A stretch of DNA of 64,000 nucleotides. Source: Antedon mediterranea. Lineage: Eukaryota > Animalia > Echinodermata. Of the stretch, positions 38,091 to 50,196 are shown piece by piece (the stretch's first letter is position 1; each line of letters starts with the position of its first letter). The position numbers were made by a program, and so were the translations under genes. Location of the stretch: contig NC_092680.1 in the NCBI RefSeq assembly GCF_964355755.1, positions 10,726,001-10,790,000 on the forward strand, in the 5' to 3' direction. The notes under the pieces were generated by a model that had not been told where the DNA came from, did no database searches, and worked only from the letters and a program-made list of their open reading frames with translations.

Positions 38091-40119
38091 GCATATAACT
38101 ACATAACGCTGTGGTGTGTGTCACACATTGTGGCTTCTTAATTAAACAAATTAATTAACTAAAAATTAAAAATCCGGCTCTATAGATTTGAGGACATGTC
38201 CCTGTAGTATATTCATGCCAAATCCCAGCTCAATACTACAACTAATAAGGGAGGAGTAGTACTTTAAAAATCGCACTTTTTACTCAATGGTGTCCAGATG
38301 GAGGAAGAAGAGGAGAAAATGAGTAAGTCCTAGACTCGGGTACCCCGAGTAAAAATATCTGACTATCAAAAACAAAATTTATTTTCAATTAAAAAAAAAA
38401 AGAAAACATTTTCCTAGATGTTCGAACCGACTACTGAGAGAACTCAAACCTGAGCATTACCGGTTACGCCGCAACCCAGTAGATGAGTGAAGAGCTGATA
38501 ATAGTCTATTTATATGAAATGAATGATCAATCAATGAAAAATAATGTTATGCAACTTTGTTTCTGATTTTAAAAAAGGTCCACTTGTTTAGGCCTGACAA
38601 TTACAACTATAACAATATTTCACTTTCAAACACAATATTTATTTTCAAATAAAAAAAAAAGAAAAAAAATATCCATAGAAGTTCGAACCCACTATTGAAA
38701 TCACTCAAACCTGAGCATTACCCGTTACGCCGCAAACCAGTAGATTACTGAAGAGCTGATAATACTCTATTTATATGAAATGAATGATCAATCAATGAAA
38801 AATAATGCCAAGCATCTTTGTAACTGATTTTAAAAAAAGGTCCACTTCTTTAGGCCTGACATTTACAACCCTCAAAATATCTCATTTAAAAAAAAATATT
38901 TATTTTCAAATAAAAAAAAAAGAAAAAAAAATATCCCAAGAGGTTCAAACCCACTACTGAGAGAACTCAAACCTGAGCATTACCGGTTACGCCACAAACC
39001 AGTAGATGACCGAGGAGCTGATAATAGTCTATTTATATGAAATGAATGATCAATCAATGTAAAATAAGGAATGCAACTTTGTTTCTGATTGAAAAAAAGA
39101 TCCGTTTGTTTATGCCTGACATTTACAACCCTCAAAATATCTCATTTTCAAAAAAAATATTTATTTTCAATAAGAAAAAAAAAAGCAATATCCCTAGAGG
39201 TTGGAACCCGCTACTGAGAACACTCGAACCTGGGTATTACCCGTTACGCCACAAACCAGTAGGTAACTGAAGAGCTGATAATATAAAATTAATGATCAAT
39301 CAATGAAAAATAATGCCATGCAACTTTGTTTCTGATTTTAAAAAAGGTCCACTTCTTTAGGCCTGACATTTACAACCCTCAAAATATCTCATTTAAAAAA
39401 AAAATATTTATTTTCAATTAAAAAAAAAGAAAAAAGAAATATCCCTAGAGGTTCGAACCCACTACTGAGAGCACTCAGACCTGAGTGTTACCCGTTACGC
39501 CACAAACCAGTAGATGACCGAGGAGCTGATAATAGTCTATTTATATGAAATGAATGATCAATCAATGAAAAATAATGTTATGCAACTTTGTTTCTGATTT
39601 TAAAAAAGGTCCACTTGTTTAGGCCTGACATTTACAACCATAACAATATCTCACTTTCAAAAACAATATTTATTTTCATTTTAAAAAAAAAGAGAAAAAG
39701 TATCCCTAGAGGTTCGAAACCACTATTGAGAGCACTCAAACCTGAGCATTACCCGTTACGCCACAAACCAGTAGATGACTGAAGAGATAATAGTCTATTT
39801 ATATGAATGGATGATCAATCAATGAAAAAAAATGCTATGCAACTTTGTTTCTGATTTTAAAAAAGGTCCACTTGGTTAGGCCTGACATTTACAACCCTCA
39901 AAATATCTCACTTTCAAAAACAATATTTATTTTCAATAAAAAAAAAAATAAAAAAATTTCCCAAGAGGTTCAAACCCACTACTGAGAGAACTCAAACCTG
40001 AGCATTACCGGTTACGCCACAAACCAGTAGATGCCTGAAGAGATCATAATAGTCTATTTATATGAAAGGAATGATCAATCAATGTAAAATGGTGTTATGC
40101 AACTTTGTTTCTGATTTTA

Positions 40120-41265
40120 AACAAGCACGAATGTGCAATACTCGGGGTACAGTGAAAGAAGCTGTATACAGACGTATACAGTTAGAAAGTTAAAGAAAAA
40201 TAGGTTTTGCCAGGGCTCGAACCGGGACCTTCTGCGTGTTAAGCAGACTTGACAACCACTACACTACGAAACCTCTTACATTAAAATTGTGGGTTACATA
40301 ATTACCGATTACACAAAATAAGTATTTAAAAAAATAATAATAAGATATACTGTGTATAATTATCATATTGCGTATACAGTACTTTTCACCATAAAGTTAA
40401 AAAAAAAAGGTTTAGCCCGGGCTCGAACCAGGTACCTTCTGCGTATTGAGCAAACGTGATAACCACTACGCCAAGAAGCCGCATATAACTACATAACGCT
40501 GTGGTGTGTGTCACACATTGTGGCTTCTTAATTAAACAAATTAATTAACAAAAAAGCACGAATGTGCAATACTCGGGGTACAGCGAAAGAAGCTGTATAC
40601 AGACGTATACAGTTATTTCACCATAAAGTAAAAGAAACCCGAGGTTTCGCCAGGGCTCGAACCGGGACCTTCTGCGTGTTAAGCAGACTTGACAACCACT
40701 ACACTACGAAAACCACTTACACTAAAAATGTGGGTTACAGAAAGTTTTTTAATCCATTTAAATTACAAATAAATATGGTAATAAGCATAAAGAAAAATAA
40801 ACATGTGTAAAAGTGATAATTACCGATTACACAAAATAAGTATTTAAAAAAATAATAAAAATAAGATATACTGTGTATAATTATCATATTGCGTATAGAG
40901 TACTTTTCACCATAACGTTTAAAAAAAAGGTTTCGTCCGGGCTCGAACCAGGTACCTTCTGCGTGTTAAGCAAATGTGATACCACTACGCCAAGAATCCG
41001 CATATAACCATATAACTACATAACGCTGTGGTGTGTGTCACACATTGTGGATTCCTAATTAAACAAATTAATTAACAAAAAATTAAAAATCCGGCTCTAT
41101 AGCTTTGAGGACATGTCCCTGTAGTATGTTCATGCCAAATCCCAGCTCAATACTACAACGAATAAGGGAGTAGTAGTACTTTATAAAAGGCACTTTTTAC
41201 TCAATAGTGTCCAGATGGAGGAGGAGAAAATGAGTAAGTACTAGACTCGGGTACCCCGAGTAAAA
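40120..41265 (-). mobile_element. Tandem/partially duplicated HINE-like element with four tRNA-Val-derived sequences
   Basis: Same termini as 37655-38355; 3' terminus present twice (~40120, ~40553); tRNA-like segments at 40203-40273, 40409-40480, 40643-40714, 40929-40999. Confidence 0.8.
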
Positions 41266-42493
41266 AGGTCCACTTGTTTAGGCCTGACATTTACAACTAT
41301 AACAATATCTCAATTTCAAAAACAATATTAATTTTCAAATAAAAAAAAAAGAGAAAAAATATCCCTAGAGGTTCGAAACCACTATTGAGAGCACTCAAAC
41401 CTGAGCATTACCCGTTACGCCACAAACCAGTAGATGACTGAAGAGCTGATAATAGTCTATTTATATGAAATGAATGATCAATCAATGAAAAATAATGCCA
41501 TGCAACTTTGTTTCTGATTGAAAAAAATGTCCACTTGTTTAGGCCTGACATTTACAACCCTCAAAATATCTCACTTTCAAAAACCATATTTATTTTCAAT
41601 TACAAAAAAAAAGAAAAAAATTATCCCTAGAGGTTCGACCCACTACTGCGGGCACTCAAACTTGAGCATTACCCGCTACGTCACAAACCAGTAGATGACT
41701 GAAGAGCTAATAATACTCTATTTATATAAAATGAATAATAAATCAATGTAAAATGATGTTATGCAACTTTGTTTCTGATTTTTAAAAAGGTCCAGTTGTT
41801 TAGGCCTGGCATTTACAACCCTCAAAATATCTCACTTTCTAAAACAATATTTATTTTCAATTAAAAAAAAAAAAGAAAAAAATATCCCAAGAGGTTCAAA
41901 CCCACTACTGAGAGAACTCAAACCTGAGCATTACCGGTTACGCCACAAACCAGTAGATGCCTGAAGAGATCATAATAGTCTATTTACATGAAATGAATGA
42001 TCAATCAATGTAAAATGATGTTATGCAACTTTGTTTCTGATTTTAAAAAAGGTCCACTTGGTTAGGCATGACATTTACAACCATAAAAATATCTCACTTT
42101 CAAAAACAATATTTATTTTCAATTAAAAAAAAAAGAAAAAAAATACCCGTATAGGTTCGAACCCACTGCTGAGAGCACTCAAACCTGGGCATTGCCTGTT
42201 ACGCCACAACCCAGTAGATGACTGAAGAGCTGATAATAGTCTATTTATATGAAATGAATGATCAATCAATGAAAAATAATGTTATGCAACTTTTTTTCTG
42301 ATTTTAAAAAAGGTCCACTTGTTGAGGCCTGGCATTTACAACTATAACAATATTTCACTTTCAAAAACAATATTTATTTTCAAATAAAAAAAAAAGAAAA
42401 AAAATACCCGTATAGGTTCGAACCCACTGCTGAGAGCACTCAAACCTGAGCATTACCCGTTACGCCACAAACCAATAGATGACTGAAGAGCTC

Positions 42494-43579
42494 GGCCGTT
42501 CCAAGGCCTACCACGTAACTCGCATTTTTGTCAATTTTGAGATTTTTACATTTGGGGAATTATTACAAATTTATGAACAACCTGTAAAAATTTCAGGTTT
42601 CAGAGATCATTAATTTTAGAGATAGTACCACGTATCTTTAAGCAAAAAACAAATAATTCTGGTATTTTCCAATGCAAAACAACGTATCTACCAGATCTGC
42701 CACGGAAATGTCTACGATTTTCGCTTCAAATTCTCACAATCAGCTAAGTTACGTAATTTTGAGACAGAAACCACTGATGCATGACGATAGGCATAGCAAC
42801 GATCTTAACTAAAAGTAAAAGATATATTAAACATTATTAGGCTTATTACGCTAGACAACTTATTTAATGTATTAAAATTTATTCTAAGAATTAACTATAT
42901 TTACGAAAAAGTTCAGGCAAGCTTGAAACTAGGCTAGGCTATTATTTTTACAGACCTACCTAATCTAGCCTAGTACACCAGTATTGTCATTGAAACTAGG
43001 CTATGCCTAGCCTAGTAGGACGGCCGTCTTTGCATTGTGATACGTAGGCCTTGTAGTAGCAGGCTAGTAGGTAGGCTATAACATAATAATGTAATAAGTC
43101 TATATCATAAATAGTAGATGCAAATGGCTAAGCCTAGCTTCAAATGCACTCTTTGTTAAGCCAACCTAGTTCCTAGCCATCATAGATGATCGCAGCCTTC
43201 CCTTTTGTTCAAAAAGAGTTTCAATCCATTGTTTTTAAAATCATCACAGTTACGTTTTTTGCCATGGAATGACCACAGTTACGTTGTTTTGCCACAGAAT
43301 ATCGCAGTTACGTTGTTTTGCCTCAGAAATGACTTTCATTCTATGCACGTCATTTCTAAGGCAAAACAACGTATCTGTTAAAAGTGCTAATAACTTTTGA
43401 TCAAATTGTTTAAATTATTTAACATTTTGTATTTAATAATAATTATTATTTATATATACTCATGCAAAATTTCACATCATTACGATAATTTGTTGTTGAA
43501 ATGCAAACACACAAACTTCAATTCAATTTTTCTCGAAAAGCAACATTTTGTAGTTACGTTGTTTTGCCTTGGAACGGCC
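42494..43579. mobile_element. 1.1-kb non-autonomous TIR element (MITE-like)
   Basis: GGCCGTTCCAAGGC ... GCCTTGGAACGGCC termini flanked by GAGCTC on both sides; internal repeats of 'agttacgttgttttgcc'. Confidence 0.88.
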
Positions 43580-45676
43580 GAGCTCATAATAGTCTATTTA
43601 TATGAAATGAATGATCAATCAATGAAAAATAATGCCATGCAACTTTGTTTCTGATTGAAAAAAATGTCCACTTGATTAGGCATGACATTTACAACCCTCA
43701 AAATATCTCACTTTCAAAAACCATATTTATTTTCAATTAAAAAAAAAAGAAAAAAAAAATCCCTAGAGGTTCGACGCACTACTGAGAGCACTCAAACCTG
43801 AGCATTACCCGTTACGCCACAAACCAGTAGATGACTGAAGAGCTGATAATAGTGTATTTATATGAAATGAATGATCAATCAATGAAAAATAATGCCATGC
43901 AACTTTGTTACTGATTTTTAAAAAAGGTCCACTTCTTTAGGCCTGACATTTACAACCCTCAAAATATCTCATTTAAAAAAAAATATTTATTTTCAATTAA
44001 AAAAAAAAAGAAAAAAGAAAAATCCCTAGAGGTTCGAACCCACTACTGAGAGCACTCAGACATGAGTATTACCCGTTACGCCACAAACCAGTAGATGACC
44101 GAGGAGCTGATAATAGTCTATTTATATGAAATGAATGATCAATCAATCAATGAAAAATAATGTTATGCAACTTTGTTTCTGATTTTAAAAAAGGTCCACT
44201 TGTTTAGACCTGACATTTACAACCATAACAATATCTCACTTTCAAAAACAATATTTATTTTCAATTTAAAAAAAAAAGACAAAAAATATCCCTATAGGTT
44301 CGAAACCACTATTGAGAGCACTCAAACCTGAGCATTACCCGTTACGCCACAAACCAGGAGATGACCGAAGAGATGATAATAGTCTATTTATATGAATGGA
44401 TGATCAATCAAGGAAAAATAATGCTATGCAACTTTGTTTCTGATTTTAAAAAAGGTCCACTTGGTTAGGCCTGACATTTACAACCCTCAAAATATCTCAC
44501 TTTCAAAAACAATATTTATTTTCAATTAAAAAAAAAAATAGAAAATTTCCCAAGAGGTTCAAACCCACTACTGAGAGAACTCAACATTTACAACTATAAC
44601 AATATCTCACTTTCAAAAACAATTTTTATTTTCAAATAAAAAAAAAAAGAAAAAAAATACCGCTAGAAGTTCGAACCCACTATTAAAATCATTCAAACCT
44701 GAGCATTACCCGTTACGCCGCAAACCAGTAGATGACTGAAGAGCTGATAATAGTCTATTTATATGAAATAGATGGTCAATCAATGAAAAATAATGCCATG
44801 CAACTTTGTTTCTGATTTTAAAAAAGGTTCACTTGTTTAGGCCTGACAGTTGCAACCCTCAAAATATCTCACTTTCAAAAACAATATTTATTTTCAATAA
44901 AAAAAAAAGAAAAAAAATACCCCTATATGTTCAAACCCACTGCTGAGAGCACTCAAACCTGAGCATTACCCGTTACGCCACAATCCAGTAGATGCCTGAA
45001 GAGCTGATAATAGTCTATTTATATGTAATGAATGATCAATCAATGAAAAATAAGGCCATGCAACTTTGTTTCTGATTGAAAAAAAGATCCGTTTGTTTAT
45101 GCCTGACATTTACAACCCTCAAAATATCTCATTTTCAAAAAAAATATTTATTTTCAATAAGAAAAAAAAAAGCAATATCCCTAGAGGTTGGAACCCGCTA
45201 CTGAGAGCACTCGAACCTGGGTATTACCCGTTACGCCACAAACCAGTAGGTGACTGAAGAGCTGATAATATAAAATTAATGATCAATCAATGAAAAATAA
45301 TGCCATGCAACTTTGTTTCTGATTTTAAAAAAGGTCCACTTCTTTAGGCCTGACATTTACAACCCTCAAAATATCTAATTTAAAAAAAAAAATTTATTTT
45401 CAATTAAAAAAAAAGAAAAAAGAAATATCGCTAGAGGTTCGAACCCACTACTGAGAGCACTCAGACCTGAGTATTACCCGTTACGCCACAAACCAGTAGA
45501 TGACCGACGAGCTGATAATAGTCTATTTATATGAAATGAATGATCAATCAATGAAAAATAATGCTATGCAACTTTGTTTCTGATTTTAAAAAAGGTCCAC
45601 TTGTTTAGGCCTGACATTTACAACCATAACAATATCTCACTTTCAAAAACAATATTTATTTTCATTTAAAAAAAAA

Positions 45677-48600
45677 TCGATTACGATTATTGACATTTCC
45701 GAAAGTAAACTAGGAAGCGGTTTAGCGATTCATTTATAATTAAAAAGAAGGATTTTACGATGTGGCGTACGTGTGATATAACGGGTTGTTGTGTTTTACC
45801 GTTGCAGTGTTTTTGTTTAATGACAGTTCGGCGATTGTGAAGTGCGCCACCTAGTTATGATTGAACTATAGTATTAATTCTAATTTGGAATAAGAGATCG
45901 AGTTACGTGTGGATATACTTTTGTGTAGATATTTTGATTGTGAAGGACGCCACCTATCCAGATTTGGACTAATAATACTGTATTGTTGAAGCTAGAACTA
46001 TTTTGACTTTTAAGCACTATATTTATGAAACATTTTTATTTGTTGATTGATTGGAATTATTTTGATTGATTGATGGTATAAGTGTAATATTTATGGTAGA
46101 ATAAGGGTAAAAACAAAAATTAAATACATTACCCGATAGATGTTTTTTAAGATTTTGGTGCATTAAGGTACATGTTAGAGATAAGCTCAGTAGTATATAA
46201 TATTGTGTAATAAGAATTTATTTGTACTGTAAGAGCTCAGTCTGAAATTATGGCAGAAGAACCAGCTGAAGATCAAGCGTCCATGCAGGGGATGATGCAG
46301 GCTTTGACTGATGTCCTACAAGGGTTAAGAGTTCAGCAAGCTCCACCTCCGGTGAAAATAGCCAAGTATAGAGGGTCTACAAAAGCAGATGGAGATTTGT
46401 CACTAAAAGAATGGTTAGATGACTTTCAGAGTTATGCCAACCACTATAACCTGACAGGAAAAGCAAAAGCGCAGTCATTATTGGATCATCTAGCAGGTTC
46501 AGCGAAAGAAGAGATTCTTTGCAGAGAAGGAAATGTGAGAGAAGACTATGACCAAATAGTGACAGTGTTAAAGTCTTTGTTCGGACCAATAGAAACAGTA
46601 CCTTCTCTAACTCGAGAATTCCACAACCGGAACCAAAAAGATGTTGAGTCGCTAGCAGATTTTAGCCGTGTTTTAATGAGATTATATACAAAGATGGTAA
46701 AGGCAGCTGCAGTAGAAGAAGATAAGGATGCTTTGAAGAGGCTGAGGGATTATACATTGAAGGAAAGATTTGTTCATGGTGCCAAAGAAGGTTGGGTTAG
46801 GAGAGAACTAAGGAGAATAGAAATGCAGTGTAAAGATAAGACATTTTTGGAAATGCGGGAGGAAGTGTTACAATTTTTTAAGGATGAAGAGCCAAGGCAT
46901 CAGGCCAGAGTTTGTGAGGTGTCTATGGAACATTCAGTAGAAGCAAGAAGGGTAGAAGAACCAGCACTAAAAGAAGAAATTGCTGCATTAAAAAATGACG
47001 TAGCGATGCTAACGAAGAGTGTCCAGAGCTTGATAAATATTCAGAGTGCTGACATGGAACGAGCTAAAGAGTTAAAGTGTTACAATTGTGGCAAAAAGGG
47101 ACATGCAAAGACAGACTGTACAGAGGAGACATTGTGTTTTAATTGTAAAGGAAGAGGGCATTACAGTAGAAACTGTCCGGAGAAACCTAAAGAGAAGGAA
47201 GCTAAAGGACCGGGGACAAAGCGGATGTCAACCACACCAATGGAAAATACAGAGTTGGTAGATCGACTGGTCGCAAAAAGTCCTTGTGGTGATGTAGAAA
47301 TCGGAGGCATCATGCTGGGTTGCATTTTCGACACGGGTGCAGAAGCATCGATTATACCATCGTCACTGTATCACGATAAACTAAAAAAGAATCTTGGTGA
47401 ATTACAGCCCGCATCTGGAATATTCCTAAATGTTATTGGAGTAGGCGGGATTGAAATCCCAATTAAAGGCTACATCGAGGTACCGATTGAAGTGAATGGT
47501 CAGAACTTGATGGGAAGTTTTCTAGTAGTATCAGATCAGTCTTGTACACAGAAGGACACCAAGTATCCTCTTGTAATCGGCTGCAATATTCTTAGACATT
47601 TAGTGAATTCGCCAATACAGAGCAGTAAGGATGTGGTACCAGCTATTCGGAAATACAAAATCATACTTGCGTCAGAGGAGGATAAAATGTTATTAGCGTC
47701 GAGCAAAGTGATGAATGAGAGTGATGTTCATAACAAATGTGCAGATGCACTGAGTCGTTGTCCAAGTAATACCTGTGTTAATTCCTCGGAGTTAAAAAGT
47801 GACCTGAACGTGATCGCATCCTGTTTGATGACAAAAGTTGAAGGTGGTTCCATAGAAGTAAATTCTGTTGTACCAACAGTGTTGCCGTCATTTTCACATG
47901 AAGAATTGTCAGATATGCAAAAGAATGAAGACGTTTTCTCTAAGGGAATCATAGACGTTGGTAGATGTGCTGTGATTTCTCACCAAATCAAAGTTACAGA
48001 AGGACCACTAATTAGATTTCCATATAGAAGGATTAATCCATCGTTGATTCCAAGAATCGCGGTACCTTTACACGCGGTAACTACAGGGATGACCAACAAA
48101 CAAACAGGGAAGGCAGCTGTTTTTAAGACGGAAGATGAACAAAAAGAGGCAGCAAACCGAGAAGCCGCACGACATGATAGTCGCACTACAGACTTTAAAT
48201 TGGAGGTTGGGAATAGAGTGTTGTTGAAACGAAATGCGTTTACTGGACGTCATAAGTTATCAGATAAATTTCAAGAAGTAACTCCTGTGATTATAGACAT
48301 GAATGAAGAACAGGATATTTATGAAGTTAGACCAGCAATGGGTGGAATTTCCAAATGGGTAAATCGACGTCAATTGCACCTTGATCCACGTGGCCAGGAA
48401 TCAGATGTCTTGGAAGATCATCTTCCTATATTTGTATCAGATGAGAATAGTGAGGGTAGTGAAGAAGAAGATGACGAGGATGATGCTTTGTTACAATCAG
48501 TGTTTACTCCTTCTGTAGAAAACAAAGAGATAGACAATATGATTATTTCTGTAGAAAACAAAGAGATAGACAATATGATTATTTCTGTAGAAAACGAAGA

Positions 48601-49499
48601 GATAGACAATATGATTACTTCTGTAGAGAACAAGGAGATAGAAAATCAAGTTAAGAATATTGAAGATATGGATAAAGGGTTGAGACGATCAAGTAGATTG
48701 AATAAAGGGAAACATGGAAATCCATGTCATTTGCCGACATCGGCAGTAGGGGTTCATGATTAAAATTGTATGCTACTCTGTTAGAAGATTACTTGAGTAT
48801 TAGGGATTAGCTTGAATTATCTTTAATAGTTGTATAATGTTGATATTGCAGATAATTTATGAGGTTTACGTTACATAGATGACAAGTAATTTGAAATTTT
48901 TTAAATTTGTTTTTTGTTAAAGTTTTCAGAGAAACATTTTTTTTTATTTGTATTGTACATTCGGGGACGAATGTTTTTCAAACAGGGAAATTGACTGGAG
49001 GTGAAGGGCGCCCCCCGTGGATTTGAGATGTTTTGTGCGGATGAGGAGAACGCACGAGGGAGGAGAGATGAACACGACGAATAGAGTTGGATGGACATTT
49101 CCGAGTAATGATGTTTATATTACTTGTTAGTTAATAATTTGATGTTTAAGAGGTATAATACGACGTTGGAAATAGAATTCGAGTGTGAAGATGTTTACTG
49201 TAGTTTGAACTTACATGGATTGTAAAGGATTTCATAGATTTAGAGTAGATTACTATACGAAAAGTTTGTTAATTTGTATTCAATGTTATCAACGGATCAA
49301 GATCGTTGAAGCTTGCCATGGTTGAAGTGTTACTGATATTGGAATTGTTTTAGTTCAAGACAAAGAATTGTTGATACTGTTTTGTACTACTTATTAAACT
49401 GTTGCAAAATTTTATACTTAATCGTATTTACTTTATTTGGATTCTTTACGATCTGAGGGGCTATACATATTGATAACTCCCACACCCCCACATACGACA
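45677..49499 (+). mobile_element. Gypsy LTR retrotransposon derivative; 5' LTR missing, putative 3' LTR ~48992-49499
   Basis: Gag-protease ORF; 'cggggacgaatg...agggaaat' PPT-region motif; ends in CA, after which the host MITE resumes at 'ctaagaattaac' (uninterrupted at ~42884). Confidence 0.85.
46250..48763 (+). CDS. Gypsy Gag (two CCHC zinc knuckles) plus aspartic protease plus pol remnants, 837 aa
   Basis: CYNCGKKGHAKTDC and CFNCKGRGHYSRNC; protease FDTGAEAS and LVIGCNIL; pol fragments ADALSR, DVFS...HQI...PYRR, IAVPLHAVT, VGNRVLLK...GRHKL; no YxDD and no DDE core. Confidence 0.9.
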   Translation: MAEEPAEDQASMQGMMQALTDVLQGLRVQQAPPPVKIAKYRGSTKADGDLSLKEWLDDFQSYANHYNLTGKAKAQSLLDHLAGSAKEEILCREGNVREDYDQIVTVLKSLFGPIETVPSLTREFHNRNQKDVESLADFSRVLMRLYTKMVKAAAVEEDKDALKRLRDYTLKERFVHGAKEGWVRRELRRIEMQCKDKTFLEMREEVLQFFKDEEPRHQARVCEVSMEHSVEARRVEEPALKEEIAALKNDVAMLTKSVQSLINIQSADMERAKELKCYNCGKKGHAKTDCTEETLCFNCKGRGHYSRNCPEKPKEKEAKGPGTKRMSTTPMENTELVDRLVAKSPCGDVEIGGIMLGCIFDTGAEASIIPSSLYHDKLKKNLGELQPASGIFLNVIGVGGIEIPIKGYIEVPIEVNGQNLMGSFLVVSDQSCTQKDTKYPLVIGCNILRHLVNSPIQSSKDVVPAIRKYKIILASEEDKMLLASSKVMNESDVHNKCADALSRCPSNTCVNSSELKSDLNVIASCLMTKVEGGSIEVNSVVPTVLPSFSHEELSDMQKNEDVFSKGIIDVGRCAVISHQIKVTEGPLIRFPYRRINPSLIPRIAVPLHAVTTGMTNKQTGKAAVFKTEDEQKEAANREAARHDSRTTDFKLEVGNRVLLKRNAFTGRHKLSDKFQEVTPVIIDMNEEQDIYEVRPAMGGISKWVNRRQLHLDPRGQESDVLEDHLPIFVSDENSEGSEEEDDEDDALLQSVFTPSVENKEIDNMIISVENKEIDNMIISVENEEIDNMITSVENKEIENQVKNIEDMDKGLRRSSRLNKGKHGNPCHLPTSAVGVHD

Positions 49500-50196
49500 C
49501 TAAGAATTAACTATATTTACGAAAAAGTTCAGGCAAGCTTGAAACTAGGCTAGGCTATTATTTTTACAGACCTACCTAATCTAGCCTAGTACACCAGTAT
49601 TGTCATTGAAACTAGGCTATGCCTAGCCTAGTAGGACGGCCGTCTTTGCATTGTTGTACGTAGGCCTTGTAGTAGCAGGCTAGTAGGTAGGCTATAACAT
49701 AATAATGTAATAAGTCTATATCATAAATAGTAGATGCAAATGGCTAAGCCTAGCTTCAAATGCACTCTTTGTTAAGCCAACCTAGTTCCTAGCCATCATA
49801 GATGATCGCAGCCTTCCCTTTTGTTCAAAAACAGTTTCAATCCATTGTTTTTAAAATCATCACAGTTACGTTGTTTTGCCATGGAATGACCACAGTTACG
49901 TTGTTTTGCCACAGAATATCGCAGTTACGTTGTTTTGCCTCAGAAATGACTTTCATTCTATGCACGTCATTTCTAAGGCAAAACAACGTATCTGTTAAAA
50001 GTGCTAATAACTTTTGATCAAATTGTTTAAATTATTTAACATTTTGTATTTAATAATAATTATTATTTATATATACTCATGCAAAATTTCACATCATTAC
50101 GATAATTTGTTGTTGAAATGCAAACACACAAACTTCAATTCAATTTTTCTCGAAAAGCAACATTTTGTAGTTACGCTGTTTTGCCTTGGAACGGCC
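49500..50196. mobile_element. Right half of a second copy of the 42494-43579 TIR element
   Basis: Near-identical to ~42884-43579 with the same right flank 'gagctcataatagtc'. Confidence 0.9.

Larger units (their letters stand above)
37655..38355 (-). mobile_element. HINE-like element carrying two tRNA-Val-derived sequences
   Basis: Minus strand starts TTTTT-ACTCGGGGTACCCCGAGT (hairpin) and ends GTACCCCGAGTA, hairpin GCAC-ATTC-GTGC, TTGTT; inserted in an A/T run of SatC with no TSD. Confidence 0.8.

Noticed and set aside
37738-40999. Bona fide tRNA-Val gene cluster
   Set aside because: D- and T-stem mismatches, a non-standard discriminator and location inside mobile elements; called tRNA-derived instead.
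46377-48633. Antisense ORFs within the Gypsy gene
   Set aside because: Shadow frames of the long plus-strand ORF.
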